Below the pieces are notes generated by a model, which worked only from the letters and a program-made list of their open reading frames with translations, was not told the DNA's origin and did no database searches. Positions 22,701-36,129 of a DNA stretch of 64,000 nt are shown piece after piece (the first letter of the stretch is position 1; each line of letters starts with the position of its first letter). A program made the translations under genes and the position numbers. The stretch is from Raillietiella orientalis (taxonomy: Eukaryota). The DNA lies in contig JAYWIR010000012.1 of assembly GCA_036172245.1 (NCBI GenBank), positions 310,001 to 374,000 of the forward strand. The letters are read 5' to 3'.

Positions 22701-24499
22701 AATAAATTGATGTGGTCTCGTGTGGATGAAGAACACGAAATGCGCTCGAGTCGCGGGGAATTCTTCCTTGAAGAGTACGTCCACAGAGAAACGCAACCTC
22801 CGATGTGCAAGCCACATGTCCGAAATGCACCCACAGAGGCGGCTGCCATTTCCATGGCAACGGATCGACTTGCTGATGAGCAAACGAAAGACCGCACGAG
22901 GTACACAAAAGATGGAGGAAGGTGGTCGATTTCTTCTCCTTCTGAAGACTCCAATGAAATCGATGACCGCACCCATGAATGAATCGAAGTGGAGACACTG
23001 CACACCTCAAGAGGGAGCTGCGCTGGAGCTTCCCAAAGAATGTGCCTCACGGTCCCTCAGGGGCGACCGAATGTAACAGGATGAACTGTGCCTATTGCGA
23101 CCCGTCGTGGGTCAGCGGCTGTTCCGCGCTAAGTGCTTCAAGACTTGGGAATGCCGATTTATCCCTGCTGAGCGGCTCAGCAGGCCCGCTGCCTCCATGA
23201 GAGAGTGCAGGAGGTCGGGGTGCGAAAAAAGACCTCTAACCAGCTCCTCCTCAACCACTGCAAATCGCAGCTCGAAGGAGATTGCCGAGTGGGGCGGACC
23301 GGTCTACCCGGGAAAACCGGGAGCTTCCGGACGTCGAACCAACCAGCCGCAGGGACGGATTCACCGATCCGATTCACTGATTCATAGTCCTGATCTCTCG
23401 CACATCGATCCGGTCGCCTGGAGCGGGAGATGGTTGCAGGATGGGTCAAGCAGCATCGCGGGGGGAGTCCGCAGGGAAAGATTGGGGCATGGGTACCTCC
23501 CGGGACATGCACGCGGTGTGTCCTGGAGGCGCCACGACGGGGTCGGTCGAAGAGGGACAGACTCGACCCTATAACCCCACATAGCGTTCCGAAGCGAAGG
23601 TTGGGGCATCACACCGGACATCCCTCGTCCTCTCGGAAGCAGGTCAGGTCCTCAGGAAGACGCTCTGGAAGGAGGACATCCCACTGGTGCCTGGCAACGA
23701 GCTGAGGATCTCGCTGAGAGCGGTAGGCCCCATTCGGGAAGGGGAGAGTTGGCCTCCGGAAGCACTCAGAGCTCCTTCCCCGATCTTTTGGGGGCGTCGG
23801 ATAGGTCGACGCCAGCATCCCTCGCGACACGCCGAAGGAGCCGACCGAGGAAACTCGCAACGCAATCAAGGCGGCGGAGCATTTTCAGGGGGTTGCCATG
23901 GATCCCTCGTCAGTTTAGCAAAGAATCTCGGGTCGGAGGCGCGAGCTGGGGAGCCACTGGCGACCGGGGCAAAACTATCCTTAGGCACTGCCGGACAGCC
24001 TTGCCAGGACGAGGAAATGAAGTCACGGTGATTGCAGCGAGGGAGGGGAACCCATGCCCGTTGACTGCGCTCTCCGATGGTGGGGTGGGTGCGACCACCT
24101 CTAAGCGCAGCCGGATGACGTCACACGCGCTTATTAAATGACTAGTGTGAACGAAACCCGACCCGACATGGCGGGCAGTGATCCTGCTTGTCTTGCGCTG
24201 CCGCGGTGGCCGAGCAGATGTCTTCTATTGGGTGACCAGTAGACTAAAACATTCTTCTGCAAGATGGTAATGCTTCCTCGCGACAAAACACAAAACGCAC
24301 ACACAAAAGACTTCATCCAGCCGCGGTCCGTCAAACGCACTTCACGAATGCGAAACCACAGACGCAGGCGCTAAGGTCAGCTCGGCTCAGACTGTGCACG
24401 TGGGACTCCACAGCGTAGTCTGAGTTCAGCTTCCTCTTCCATTAAGGATGGAGGCTCACGCACGGAGCAAAGGAATCCTTAGGATTAGCGATCTACAGC

Positions 24500-26980
24500 C
24501 GTCGGGCCACCTGAAGCGAAAGGACAGCAGATGATGCCTGAAGACATCCTCTGCCGTCTTTCATGGATCCTCAACAGACGACGACCGGTTGCCCGTCAGA
24601 ATTCCGAAAGATCACAAAATGTGGAGATTTTCTTTCGCCTTCTGCGGAGTCGCTCTTCGGTAAAAGAAAATGGTATCTTCAACGTCACCTATTACCGTTG
24701 GGAGCGCCCTGGCAGGTGCAGTCGATCCGGAAGTCTTGGCTCGCTCAGCACCTCCAGTTCCTCGGGATGATTTAGCTTGCATCCCTTGGCTGTAGGCTGC
24801 GAGCTTTCCTCCGGAAAGCTCGCAGCGGTTGATTCACGGCCGCACCAGCACCGGCATTCCCTTCAGCTCTCGATTCTCGCAACACGTGGGCCGCGCATGC
24901 TGCGTGAGACGCAGCGCACCGCATCTCGTCGCCATCCGAATGAGGCAACAACGTCCTGATCAGAGACGCAGGCACTCGTCGTTAGGGAAAACTGGTTGCT
25001 GATGCTGGAAAATTACAACGGGCGTGGAGAAAGGGATGAGGTTTCAACTCCTTGCTGCCAGAAATTTGCGAGTCACGGGTCGGAATCGCGTCGTAGTAGG
25101 GAGAGGAACGAGCGAACGTTTCCGTTCCCGCCAACTTTCGTCCTCCTCCGCTGCATGGTGTCTTTGCCACGTGCTGGGATTTCTTTCTCTGTTGCCTTCA
25201 GCGGAACTGCTCGAAGGTTCCCACTGAAATTCCAACCCAGGAAATCCCAACCACTGCCACCATGACCTCCGTTGCGTCCACTGAATTCAACAACGGACAA
25301 CTTTCCTTCACTGTCGTTCGTTCTCATCAGTCCGCCTGCGTCCGCGACGTCGAAAGGAAATAAACACCACTCTTGCGTACATGCTCGAGTCTTGTTAACA
25401 GGACCAGATAGAGTCACTTGTGAAGGTCAGGGGCAGCGCATCACAGAGCCATAACGCTGTTTGGTTCGTGGACAACGCTAAACGTACTGTATCCAGTTTA
25501 AAAGTCTTTCCGTCATGGTCTTTTGAGCCAACGACTTTTCCAGCAACGAACCAGAAGGCTTCTCGCTTCAAAACGCGCTTCATTGAAGTTGTCGCTACGG
25601 CTTTCGCTGGTTGTGATGGCAGCTACTGTCGTCGTGCCTTCGCTTCAAAATTTCGAATGCTGAAATCCCGAAAGATCATAAATACATTTGTCACACATAT
25701 ATATATCTTTATGGTGTATGCATATACATATATATATGTATATATATATATACATACCATAAAGATTATAAAAATAAATACATATGCTTATTATGCATAG
25801 TAACATGTATATTTATATACAGATGAATATTCAAGTTTATTTAACACACATATTATTAATACAATCAATCATATGCATAAATATGCATGCTTATTGTACA
25901 TATTTACATACACAATAAATATGTACATTGGATGAATATATAAAAATCGAATTTAAAAAAATGAAAATACAATGTTGGGAGTTAAGAATAGCGGAAAAAA
26001 ATAAAAACAGAAACAACTTGAAAAAAAAAACGCAAAGAAAGAAATGTGGTATTTCATTTTCCGGTCATTTCCAACACTCGACGCATGAAAGTTCCTCAAC
26101 AATTGGCGAATTCCATTTTGGGTACTTTGATGGTTTGGTAAATATATTTTCATAATTCCATATCCATATATTCATTGCATTTATATTTGTTATGTATATG
26201 CATTTATATTAATATCTATAATGAACACATGTTTAGTTTTTATCATCTTCACTACATATATTAATAAATATTATTAATTATATTAACAAATATGTATGTT
26301 AAAATAAATTTGCATATTAATCTCTATGTAAAAATATACCCATTAATATAGCATATATACATATTTTTTATGTTTACAAAATGCATCGATTCCTAGACAA
26401 ATGTATGTATAATCAACATATCATAATTTGTATTAATATGTGTGTTAACAAATATGAATAAAAATGTATACTAAAATAAATTTAGCTTACATGTTTACTG
26501 TCATTTTCGAACCTTGTATATTGTCTATTTATAAAATATTCCTATTAATATACGTAACAAGCATATATATGTATTTTCGAAATCTTTATGATGTATATTA
26601 ATCTATGTGTGGATTCATATTAAATATGTATGACGAACATATTTATTCGTATTTTATAATCTTTCGGGATTTCGATGGGCAGCGGTCGCCGTCCGTTAAG
26701 GAGCCATTTTGTAAACAGTGCTGCCACGACGCCATGGGAAAACCTATAGACAGAGAGACAGCCACGTAGAAGAGCTGAAAAATTCTGAGCTTTGGCAAGG
26801 TGTGTTGAGGTGATCCAGAAAGCTAGGAACAGAGCAACAACGGCAAAAAGGGAAAAGGACCAAACTTGTCTTCGTGATCGAAAATGCAGCAAGCCGACTC
26901 TGGCAAAAGTAGTCGTGGCGTTTCTCGTTTGGTCTTTTCAGCCCAGTCAAGGAATTCCCGGTGGCTCGCCTCCGGACGGA
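24500..26980 (-). mobile_element. L1/Tx1-like APE-domain relic interrupted by the AT-rich element
   Basis: NSLTGLKRPNEKR (N.RGL..P.KR-like), GVVAALF, WFVAG, LCD...FT, VFIS and GWNF motifs occur in order on both sides of 25644-26680. Confidence 0.5.
25644..26680. mobile_element. AT-rich foldback/MULE-like element, copy 2
   Basis: TIR GAAATCCCGAAAGAT(C/T)ATAAA at both ends; shared core around 25985-26160; inverted AT arms. Confidence 0.8.
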
Positions 26981-27138
26981 GACCAGCAGCAAGTTGTCCA
27001 TTGGACATTCAGCTAGCTTCGTTACCACACTGACCTGACTTCGCGTGGTTAAGAACGATCGGCTGCAGAGGCGGGAAGATCGTAATTCCGTCCAGTTCGA
27101 AAAGACCACGAGGCGAAACGCATTTTTTCGAGGAGGGC

Positions 27139-29176
27139 GCAGCGCTGGAGGCCATGCGGCTGCGGTCTCCGTGCGTGGCGCCAAGCGTCCCACGTGGAGG
27201 ATCGACTCCAGGGAACTGGGTGGTGCATCATGGGTTTCGAGTCCTCCCTGCAAAATGATGCTGGCTGGCCTTGTAGGCTTCGGGTGCGGCACTGAGGGAA
27301 GCTGGAAACCGGATGCCCGTGGTGAATGTCCGGGACTGGAAGTTGACACTCCAGAGTCCTTCCAGGAATCAGAATCAAGGAGCCGGTTCCCTTCGGAACT
27401 CCCCTCCGATTGTGCAAATGGAGCTGCACCATGGAGTTGGTGGATTGATACCGCCCCAGAGTGTGAAGAGGGGCACTGCTTCCTTCGGGAAGCTCCCTTC
27501 AGGGAAATTGGGAAGAGTCTTTTCGGGGTTACCTTATCCTGTTAAGCGAGTTTGACGTGCACATATACGTTTTGTAAAGGCTCCAATGTGGCGCGTTTGA
27601 CGAATGTGAAAAAAGCAAAAATTACCCTTTGCCGTGAAAATACGAAATTTTCGTGAAAAACTGACGCAATCTCATTTGAATGTGTACTTTGCTTATATTC
27701 TGATCGGCGCTGCAATGTGCAATGACCTTAATTTTTCATCAAAACGTTTTCGAAGTGATGGCAACCAGACAAAAAATTCTTCTTTCGTTTTACATACTGG
27801 GTTTTGTCTACATACTTTGTACATACTGGGTTAATTGAGGAAAATAATAATGGGCCAAAGTACAGAATATGGTCGAAATTCTCCTCGGTATAAGAGCGCA
27901 ACTCGCATCGTTCTTGAAAACTTTCTCGTGACCTGTTAGGCCAGGGATATACATTCCACTTGCATAACTGGTACACAAGTTTGGAACTCGCACAGAAACT
28001 ATGTACTCGTAGGGCAGACATCATTGGTACAATGAGACAGCCGAGAGTTGGTATTCCTGAAGACATGAAAACAATTTCCCTGAAGAAAGGACAGTACGTT
28101 GAAAGATGTAACGACAAAATCATGTTATTGAAGTGGCGGCACGAAAGGCATGTACTGTTCCTCAGTACAATACACATGGCTCCAATACGATGGAAACAGA
28201 GGACGAGGTGCTGTAAAAAGAGGGCTTGAAGTGGTTTCTGACCATGGAGAAGAAAAGTGGGTGGAGTGGGCGGAAGCGATGGTAGAATTGCAGCGTACGC
28301 GCCGGCAAGAAAGAGGTTAAAGAAGTATTGCAGGAGGAAAGTATTCCTCCATCTTTCAGAAGTTACGTGCTCGGATTCACATTTATTACATGAAAAATTG
28401 AATCCATTCAATTTTTGGCTCGAATGTGTGGAACAAATTATTGAGGAATCTTCAACCCAAGAAAATGGGATAGGTGGTCGACCAACTGCAACTGCCAACT
28501 GCAACTGCAACTGCACGCCTCATCGCAAAACATTCTCCAAATTTTGTACCATCAAAAAACAGTGCACCGCGAAGATGTATCGTGTGGTGTTCAAAACATG
28601 GCATTCGTAAGGAAAGACGATGCCGGTGCTGAACCCGTGAGGTGCCACTTTGCGTGGGATCCTGCTTTCAAAAACATCACACTGCAGAATCAGATTGAGC
28701 TTTTTGCATTTTTCCTATGTACGAAGTTTCTTTTTTTTCTGTACAATCACGAAATTTTTATGAATCAAATTTTTTCTTTCTTTTTCTTTCATTGAAATTT
28801 ACGACAGATGCATTTGCTGTGCGTTTGACGTATTTATTCGTTTTCGCCAATTTCGATTACGCACCCACAGGCAGACTTTGGAAAAAAAATAACTCTCTTA
28901 GCAGGTTAAGGAGTAACGAGGAACGGTTTTCTTGAAGGTTCCCTCCAGACAAGAAATTCCAGGAGCGGATCCTTTACGGGGGTCCCTCCGTAAGAGGAAA
29001 GAGTGACCCCTTCCAGGGAGTCCCTCCGGAGAGAATAAGGGAGAGGCTCTCCTTGAGATTCTCTTCCAAGAGTGAGAGGAACGGACTCCTTTCTCCGGAT
29101 CCCTTCCTGGATTCACAGTGTGGTCCCCTCCCGAGGACCTCTTCAAGTTAGGAGGTATACCTCCTAACTTGAAGAG
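27139..29176 (+). mobile_element. SINE-like repeat copy split by a piggyBac insertion
   Basis: 5' part 27139-27537; 3' part 28910-29176 ending CCTAACTTGAAGAG. Confidence 0.7.
27538..28905 (+). mobile_element. internally deleted piggyBac (PGBD4-like transposase remnant)
   Basis: TIRs CCTGTTAAGCGAG / CTCTCTTAGCAGG, flanks TTAT and TTAA; motifs NWYTS, GTMR.PRVG.P, KW...RHV.FLSTIH, MGGV..SD and a Cys-rich C-terminus. Confidence 0.9.
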
Positions 29177-29199
29177 TTGGCGCGCACCCACATGTGGCG

Positions 29200-30050
29200 C
29201 CTGAATGCACGTGGGCATCCATCTCCCTTCCTCATCCTCATAAGACGGAGACTCTGCTCTTGGTTCCTACGGTGGATGAAAGAGCAGAAACCCTCTGGCC
29301 ACCGGCAGGAGCCAGATCGCGGAGGGTGGGCGCGGGACTTCCGCAGCGGCACGGAGCCCAACTCTCGGACGACAGGCAGCGTCGATTGGCCAAGAGGTAC
29401 CTAAGAGATGCGGCTCGAGCAGGCTTGTGAGCCCCCAGCGCCTTGCAAATGCATCCGGCAATTCGGCTAGTCGGAAGCGGAAACGCCTACCTCCTCCGGC
29501 AAGAATCCTGGGATCCTTCCACGAAGATCGCAGGGTCCCTCCGGAGGACGAAATCTTGGCTTCCGCGCTGCTCTCGACTGCGCAGACAGTTGAGAAAGCA
29601 TGGGGATTCAGAAGGAACATCCAAGAAGCCAAAAGCGTAAGAGACTCTCGTTGCCGCCGTCTTCCTCTGAGAAGATCCTCACAGTCTCTTTCACGCGGAC
29701 ACAGACGACCTTGCTGCGACATGGCTTCGCTCTCGTTCGAAGGGAACAGAAGACAATCATCAGTCAGGCAGTGTTCCACCCGAGTGATCCTGGCAGTATA
29801 TTTCTTACATGCCACGCCTCTTACTCAAGGAGACGTTCGGATGGTCAGATGTGGGCGTACGCCCGAGGAACACGCATTCCTTGCCACCCCCGCAGCGTAA
29901 ATCAGTCGGTGGGAACGATAATAAATCAATAGTTTTTTTTTTCTGTTATCATTTTTTTCTTCTTTTTTTCTTTTTACCTTTTCCCTCATCGGTGCACATC
30001 GGATGGAATCGTGCGGCACTCGCGATTCAGATGTCCCTCCTCTCACGGGA
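29200..30050 (+). mobile_element. decayed LINE C-terminal fragment
   Basis: Weak similarity to the family A C-terminus, followed by a T-rich 3' UTR-like tract. Confidence 0.35.
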
Positions 30051-30099
30051 ACCATGGAACCATCCTTCGCTCCTGGGTAAAGGCTCAGTAAAGTAGATA

Positions 30100-30700
30100 G
30101 CTTCGTCTTATGCCGGAAGGTTTGGCGGAACTGCAGTGCGCCCATCTGCTGAGTTTGCTGCAGGAAAGCTTTCCAGCGACGAACCGGAGTGATTGCAGTT
30201 TTTCTTAGCGGAGCTTCGACCAGATTTTCCGTTTGTATGTGTGTGCGTATGTGTTTTTCTGGTCGAAAGTAAGAATGGTTTAACGAGGGTACGCTTCCTC
30301 CCCCCTTCCCCAAGAGCACAGGCGTCATAGCAATAGGGCAAACGAGCCATTTTGTATCGAAAGTCCATGAATTGCTTTCAAGCTCGAAGCGGACTCTTTC
30401 GCTCAAGACGTGGTGGTTTTGATGGTTTGAGGTAACGCGTGAACTGCCCTTTTGCAAGCCGAAAGCTCTGCAGTGTGGCTCTCGGTTCCCGATTTTCGAC
30501 CGGCCAAGAGAAAAATTCCATTCGATGCTTCGCGCGGAGGGTTGCCGTCGTTCCGAATCCGATCCAGGCGACCGAGGAAGTCGAAGAAAGCCGAAACGGA
30601 TGTGGATCGGAGAGTAGAGTATTCATTCGGAGCGTCCTTCTGCCTCTTTGCTCCTCTTGTCTCTTGCCTTCTACGTCTCGAGCAAGGCTGCATCGCTCCC
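30100..30700 (-). mobile_element. possible gypsy protease relic
   Basis: VRFEL....F..KWLVCP..TPVLLG resembles a retropepsin C-terminal half. Confidence 0.35.
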
Positions 30701-30744
30701 CGCGTCTCGGTCCTGCAAGAGCAGGCAAGGGTGGTGAAGTGGTT

Positions 30745-31900
30745 TTTCACCCAGTCACGCCGGAGCGTTTATTTAATGAAAAGGAAGCAATCAGTTGGGA
30801 ACTCGGTCCTCAGCCGGAGGCAAAGAAGTTCAAGGGGAGGACCCACCCGACCTACATGCTGGTTACTCCAGAAGTGCGGAACAGGAGGAAAGGGACAGTA
30901 AATAAAAGGCGAGGGGTGAGGACAGGGGTCACTGGTCTCTGCCGTTCCTTCTTCCTAGAACCCGGCGCGGGATGACGCCCATCGGCACCTTGACTCCCTC
31001 TTCCAGGCGAGACCACCTAGCGGCCGTCCTCACGTGGGCGGCTGCCATGCAGGTTGACGTCCTTCTCCAAGACACGGCGGGCCGTGCGCGACGGTGGCGT
31101 CGCGATCGCTGCGCCGGCCGAGAGTCCGCCGCGCGCTCACGAAGAATGGCCGCGCCAGGTCGGAGGCGTGTCCTTCTGGTGCAGGTGCGTCGATGCCATC
31201 CAGAAGCCCCTGGGCACAGTTCTTGGAGGGCGCCGCTGGAAGCGCCCCTTTCTCGGCGGCAAAGTGCCTACGCCGGTTGCCCTGGACCCCCCCCCCCCCC
31301 CCCCCCAGTGTAGGAAGAGCTCTGCTTCCGCGTCAGTGGGGGCACGGACGTGTTCAAACTCTGGGGAGGGGACCTCGGGCTCCTCGGAGGACGCACTCAG
31401 CAGTTCGGACCACTGGAGGTCGAGTCCCTTTGACCGGGGATGCGGAGGAGTGGCGCCGTCCACCGGCTCGCCCGCCTTCCAGCCGCCGCCCGGAGGTTCT
31501 GTCGCTCCTGCGATGGCGCGGGAAAGCTCTCACCCCCAAGGCAGTCAGCTGTCGTTGCTTGCCCTCGGAGCTTCGACTACTTCGCCCGAGCCCTTCGTCC
31601 AAGGGATGATGGCTGGGGAAGAGACGCAGCGGACGAAAAAGTTCCTCCGGGAGCAGCCCAGGAAGCAATCGTTTCCTGGCGCCGGGAGCGGAAGTTCTTC
31701 GGGTGGTCGGAGACCCACAGGTAGGTTTCCAGGAGGGAGGCGCGTTGTCTCGGAGGGAAGCCACAATCTCCGCGTCCTGTGCCGGGCGGTCTGGGAAGTT
31801 CCGCGGCAAGGAGTGCGGTTCTTCGCTACCGAAGCAGAGCCGAAGAATGGGGTGCGCGGGTGCGCACCGCGAGGAAGTCCACCGCTTGGCTCAGGGGATC
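30745..31900 (-). mobile_element. LINE family A 3' portion
   Basis: VRTAARWSRL C-terminus and AATAAACGCTCCGGCGTGACTGGGTG terminus. Confidence 0.7.
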
Positions 31901-32214
31901 GCCGTCCTGGAGTGCACTTGCAGTCCTCCCCCCCTCCTCATTCCTTCTAGCGTCGGCACGTCGGAGCCGGCGTCCCGGCGCGGAGCCGCCCAGTCTTTGG
32001 GGCGGATCTCGTAGGTCCAGGATGATGAAGAGGCGGAAAAGGAAGGAGCAGTCACCTCCCTTCCGCCTGCTGCATCCACGAGCAGCTGGTCCGACACGTT
32101 CAGCGTCCTCGCGCCCGCGAAACCACTGGCTGGGCAGGAATGACTGATTTCCCCCTCGCAGCTGGCCACCCTGGACATTCGGCGCTTTGGCGACGGGCAT
32201 GGGTCCGTGTTGGC

Positions 32215-32392
32215 CGGCACCCGTGTTGGCGGTCGTGCGGCTGCGGCCTAGGCGTGCGGCACCAGGCAGGCATCGTGGGTTCGAATCCCACCCGGGGGAA
32301 GTATCGACTCCGACAAATGGGTGGATACGTCGTGAGTTTCGAGTCCCCACGCAGGACGACGCTGGTTGGCCTCTTCAGGTTTGCACTGGTTG
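32215..32392 (+). mobile_element. SINE-like repeat, 5' part (best tRNA-like head)
   Basis: TGGCGGTCGTGCGG A-box-like motif and a perfect T-arm/B-box GTGGGTTCGAATCCCAC. Confidence 0.8.
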
Positions 32393-33105
32393 ACACCCGG
32401 TCACGCCGAGGTGTTTATTTATAAAATAAACATAAACATCTGCAGCAGGACATTTGATCCTGCCACGTTACCTATAACTACGAGAAGGAACCTGCCGGGG
32501 ACTGGCCCGTAGGCCAGCAGGGTCGCCTCGGAAGCACAGGAGAGGGGGAGACGAACAAAAAGAAAACAAAGCAAAACAAAAAACATGCATTCAGAAAATG
32601 AGGGTCGGAGAGGGAAGGGGGGGGGTCGAGAAGGGATCACTGTGTGCTGGAGGATGTCCTCTGCATCCTATGCAGAATGCTGGCAAGTTCCTGTTCCAAG
32701 ACTCCCAGATGGGGCCATCTTGATGCTATTCTCACGAAGAGGACAGCAAAATAGATGGCGTGCCTGTCGTTCTGGCCTCCTCTGGCGTTGCTCCATGCAG
32801 TCACGGTCCCACCCCGCACAGTGCTGCTAGGGATGCGGCCGGCGTGAGGGCTTCTCACAGGAAGAGGCGCTTCAGAACGTCTCTGGGATTGCCCTCGGGG
32901 ATCCGCAGGGACGCAGCGAAGCATTCTCACATGGGGCGGAGGGCAACACACTGCATGAGCAGGGGAGGGAGGAACCCTCTCTCGCCGCACCTGCCGCAGT
33001 TCGGGTCCCCGCCCCACCTTCCGTGTCCAATGATGCCGGCGGGAGTTGCACGGGAGGCCCCAGTGCAGCAGCAGCAACGCTGACCCCAGCCACTTTAAGG
33101 GGAGG
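32393..33105 (-). mobile_element. LINE family A 3' portion
   Basis: LHWGLPCNSR...VRIASRWPHL, 3' hairpin, terminal motif; 32258-33105 is about 99% identical to the reverse complement of 45568-46416. Confidence 0.85.
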
Positions 33106-33399
33106 TTGCGGAAATCCCCTTAAAGCCCTTTTCGGGGTGGTTGGGTTTTGACTGTCGGCCAGGGACAGTGCGAAACAGGATGATGATGTGATCGGGGATG
33201 GGATGATGGAAATTCCCTTGGGATACTTCTGTTTCGCTGCTTTCCTTCTCAAGGAGAGCTAAGGAACAGTTCGCAGTCTTGGGAGGAAGCTCACGAAGCT
33301 CTTCAACCCTTCGAGTGCTATGGGCACATCCGTGCGTCTGGAAAATATGCTCGCGACAAAAGTTACCACTATCCATGTTTTTCCCAGTCCGATGGGGGT

Positions 33400-33690
33400 G
33401 ACTTTATTTTCTACTTTCATTCATACATACATGCGTTAGTCAATGTCACTGGTTTTCACTGTTTTTCACCATCCGGGTTGCTCTTCAGGCATCCAGTCAC
33501 TGAGTTTGTGTGGAGAATTCACTCACTTGATAATGTTCCTGAATCCTTCTCAGGATATAACAGTACATCCAAGTGGGAATACGTCCACAGCTCCTGATCC
33601 CAATTTCCCTTTTTACTAATCCTTTGAGGATTTCCACAGATGGCATGCTGTTTATTCCGCTCCGCATTTTTGCCCTTCTCACCACGTTAC
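33400..33690 (-). mobile_element. LINE family B C-terminal fragment
   Basis: VRRAKMRSG...ILKGLVK...WMYCYILRRI is similar to 20340-20530. Confidence 0.5.
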
Positions 33691-35207
33691 CACACTATCC
33701 ATGTTTGAGGTGGACGCGGACGCTTACGTTCCTATAATTAGTTCCCTTAGCAACGACAGTAAACAAAATTCTATTTATATAGGCTAACGATTCTCGTTTT
33801 TTCTCGGTGTCGCTTCTAATTTATTATCGAGTTGTACCATACCCAAACCGATTATTGATTTATTCGAATTATGGTGATAATTTTTAAACGAATAATGTAT
33901 GTTTGGGAGAAATGGAAATATTTTATTTAGTGTGGTGTAAATAAACAATAGTAACTTGAACCAGCACTTCATGTAGCCAATCGGTACTCCGACGGAGCAC
34001 GCGGTACGCGGAAAAGCGTTCCGTCCAACTGCGACTCGCCGTCACGGCGCTTCCATCTGATGCGCTCCGCACCCAAAGGGTTACCGCTTTGTCCCACGCC
34101 ACTCGAGGGCGCGAGGGCGGAGGACATCCCCAGAGGGAACATGCATATTTACTTTTATTTATTTTTTGTCTCACCATGTACATTTTTCTAGCAGTCGTTC
34201 CGGATATTTTGATTTCGGGATTTTGAACCGTCCAACCCACTCGGAGTTCTCCCATGACGTCATCGTTTGCCGGACCCCTTGACCTGAGGGGGACCTTATG
34301 CAGGGCGCCAGCGTCGGCGAGGGCACTGCCTTACGAGAACCAACGACCAGCGAGCCAACCCCTGATTCTTCGCCCGTGAAGACCGGAGGGAGGGACGACG
34401 AAGGGAAGGGCAGCCGGGAGGGTGCGGGTCGAGCGCGGCGTCCGCTTGGCCGAAGGGACGTCTCGGAGGAGTCCGCACTTGAATTTGCGTCCGTCCGAAG
34501 ACAACTCCGGCTCAAGTCCGTGCTGAACCGACCTCCCTCTGATCGAGGTGAATTGAGCCCGGCGCGGTCCGGGGCCTCTCGTCTGCGTGAGGATTTCGCC
34601 CCAGAGGGATCCCCTCCCCCCCAGTCGGAACGCACACGTCTCTGCCGCACCCAAGGAACGGGGGGTTCACCTCCGGTCTCGGACATTGGCGGCGCTGCCA
34701 GCCAAGTTCCTGCGCCCGCACGTGAGCTCTCTCCGCCTTCGAACGCGCAGCTCGCTTCTGCGTTTCCGCCTCCCGGAAGCCTCCCTCATGCTCCCGGAAG
34801 GATCCAGGCATATCGGACGGCTTGAGGATGAGGTTGCCGAGGCGCCGAGAGGAGTCCCGTCGCAAACTTCCAGAAGAATCCCCACGTTCTTCGAATGCTG
34901 TCGTTCCGTTCCGCAATCCGCTAATACTCTTTCAGTTTATTCAAATTCATGGTCGCAAGCGCTCGTTCTTAATTAGGCTGAGGATGGGGGGGGGGGGAAG
35001 GGGAGAAATCCCAGGTGCCACTCGAGCATCTGCAGATGAGGAGGACGGGAAGAGAAGAAAAAACGAAAAGCAGAGTATGGGATGATTTATTTTGCAAAAA
35101 AAAAAAAACAACGAGAATATAATTAAGCTGTCGCTTCCATCGAGCAGCTCAGGATAGTGCCACACCCGTTTCTCCGTTATCCATCCAACTGAAGCAGTCA
35201 TTCTAAG

Positions 35208-35878
35208 CAGGGTTGCCAACCGAAGTTAATGGAATCCTTCTAGATGGCCTTCGAAAACCCGAGACTCCCCCTCCCCTCCCTAAATCCCCAGATTTTAGTA
35301 CCTAGGAATTCACATTATTATACTATTAAATCATTTAATGTCGTTTGATCTTCCCGTTCGCTAGTGGCAAACATAAAAGGCAAACCGACAGGGTGTCACG
35401 TGACATTCTATGCCACGAATCTTCTTCTTCTGCTGCTGCTGCTGCTGCTGCACTGCCGGTCTCATTCCCCACTGCTGAAAGGAAACGTTGGAGCAGACTG
35501 CAAGTTGCAAGGAAACACTCAAACGAATTGCCGCCGCATTACAGAAATCGCAATTTCAACATTCGAATAAGGAAAGAAAAAGTCTTTTCCCTCGGCAGCC
35601 TTCATCAGAAATGGAAAAATTTGCTCATGCGACTCCACGCCCGCCAAGACGGAAACTTTAGGGGGATAAAGTATCCGGAACTCTATTATTTAAGACTACC
35701 TACTACATCCACAACTGAAAATTCTCTTTGCAGCATGAAAAACCCGTAAACTTGGGTGGACGGCGGACGTTCCCAAACCTCCAGAATTCCCGCTCGGCGG
35801 GATGCAACATTTTCAGCCGCTGGATGGGTCTCTAAGAACGCGAGATGTAGCGCGGAAACCGCTAAGTTGGCAACCCTG
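35208..35878 (+). mobile_element. non-autonomous hAT element (MITE), 671 bp
   Basis: Perfect 13-bp TIRs CAGGGTTGCCAAC/GTTGGCAACCCTG and an 8-bp TSD ATTCTAAG (35200-35207) / ACTCTAAG (35879-35886). Confidence 0.88.
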
Positions 35879-36129
35879 ACTCTAAGCCGAACGATATCTG
35901 AAGAGAACGCTCCGCTGAGACGCTGGCTGCAACGCCACGTAGACGTAAGCGCGGCGAAGCAACCTGCGGGCATTTGGTGTCCCCGTTTCGGCGTGGGGGG
36001 GGGGAGGGGACCCCCCGTTCTTCCGTGAAACTCTGCTGTCGAGAGGTCCAAGCGGAGAGGAGGCGAGGTGCTTCCGGTCTCGTCGTTGTGTTCATCGAAA
36101 TCAACTCACAACGTTGTAGTTGACCACAC

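Noticed and set aside
32215..32300. Functional tRNA gene
   Set aside because: The T-arm is perfect but the D and anticodon arms do not fold convincingly, and it is the head of a dispersed repeat
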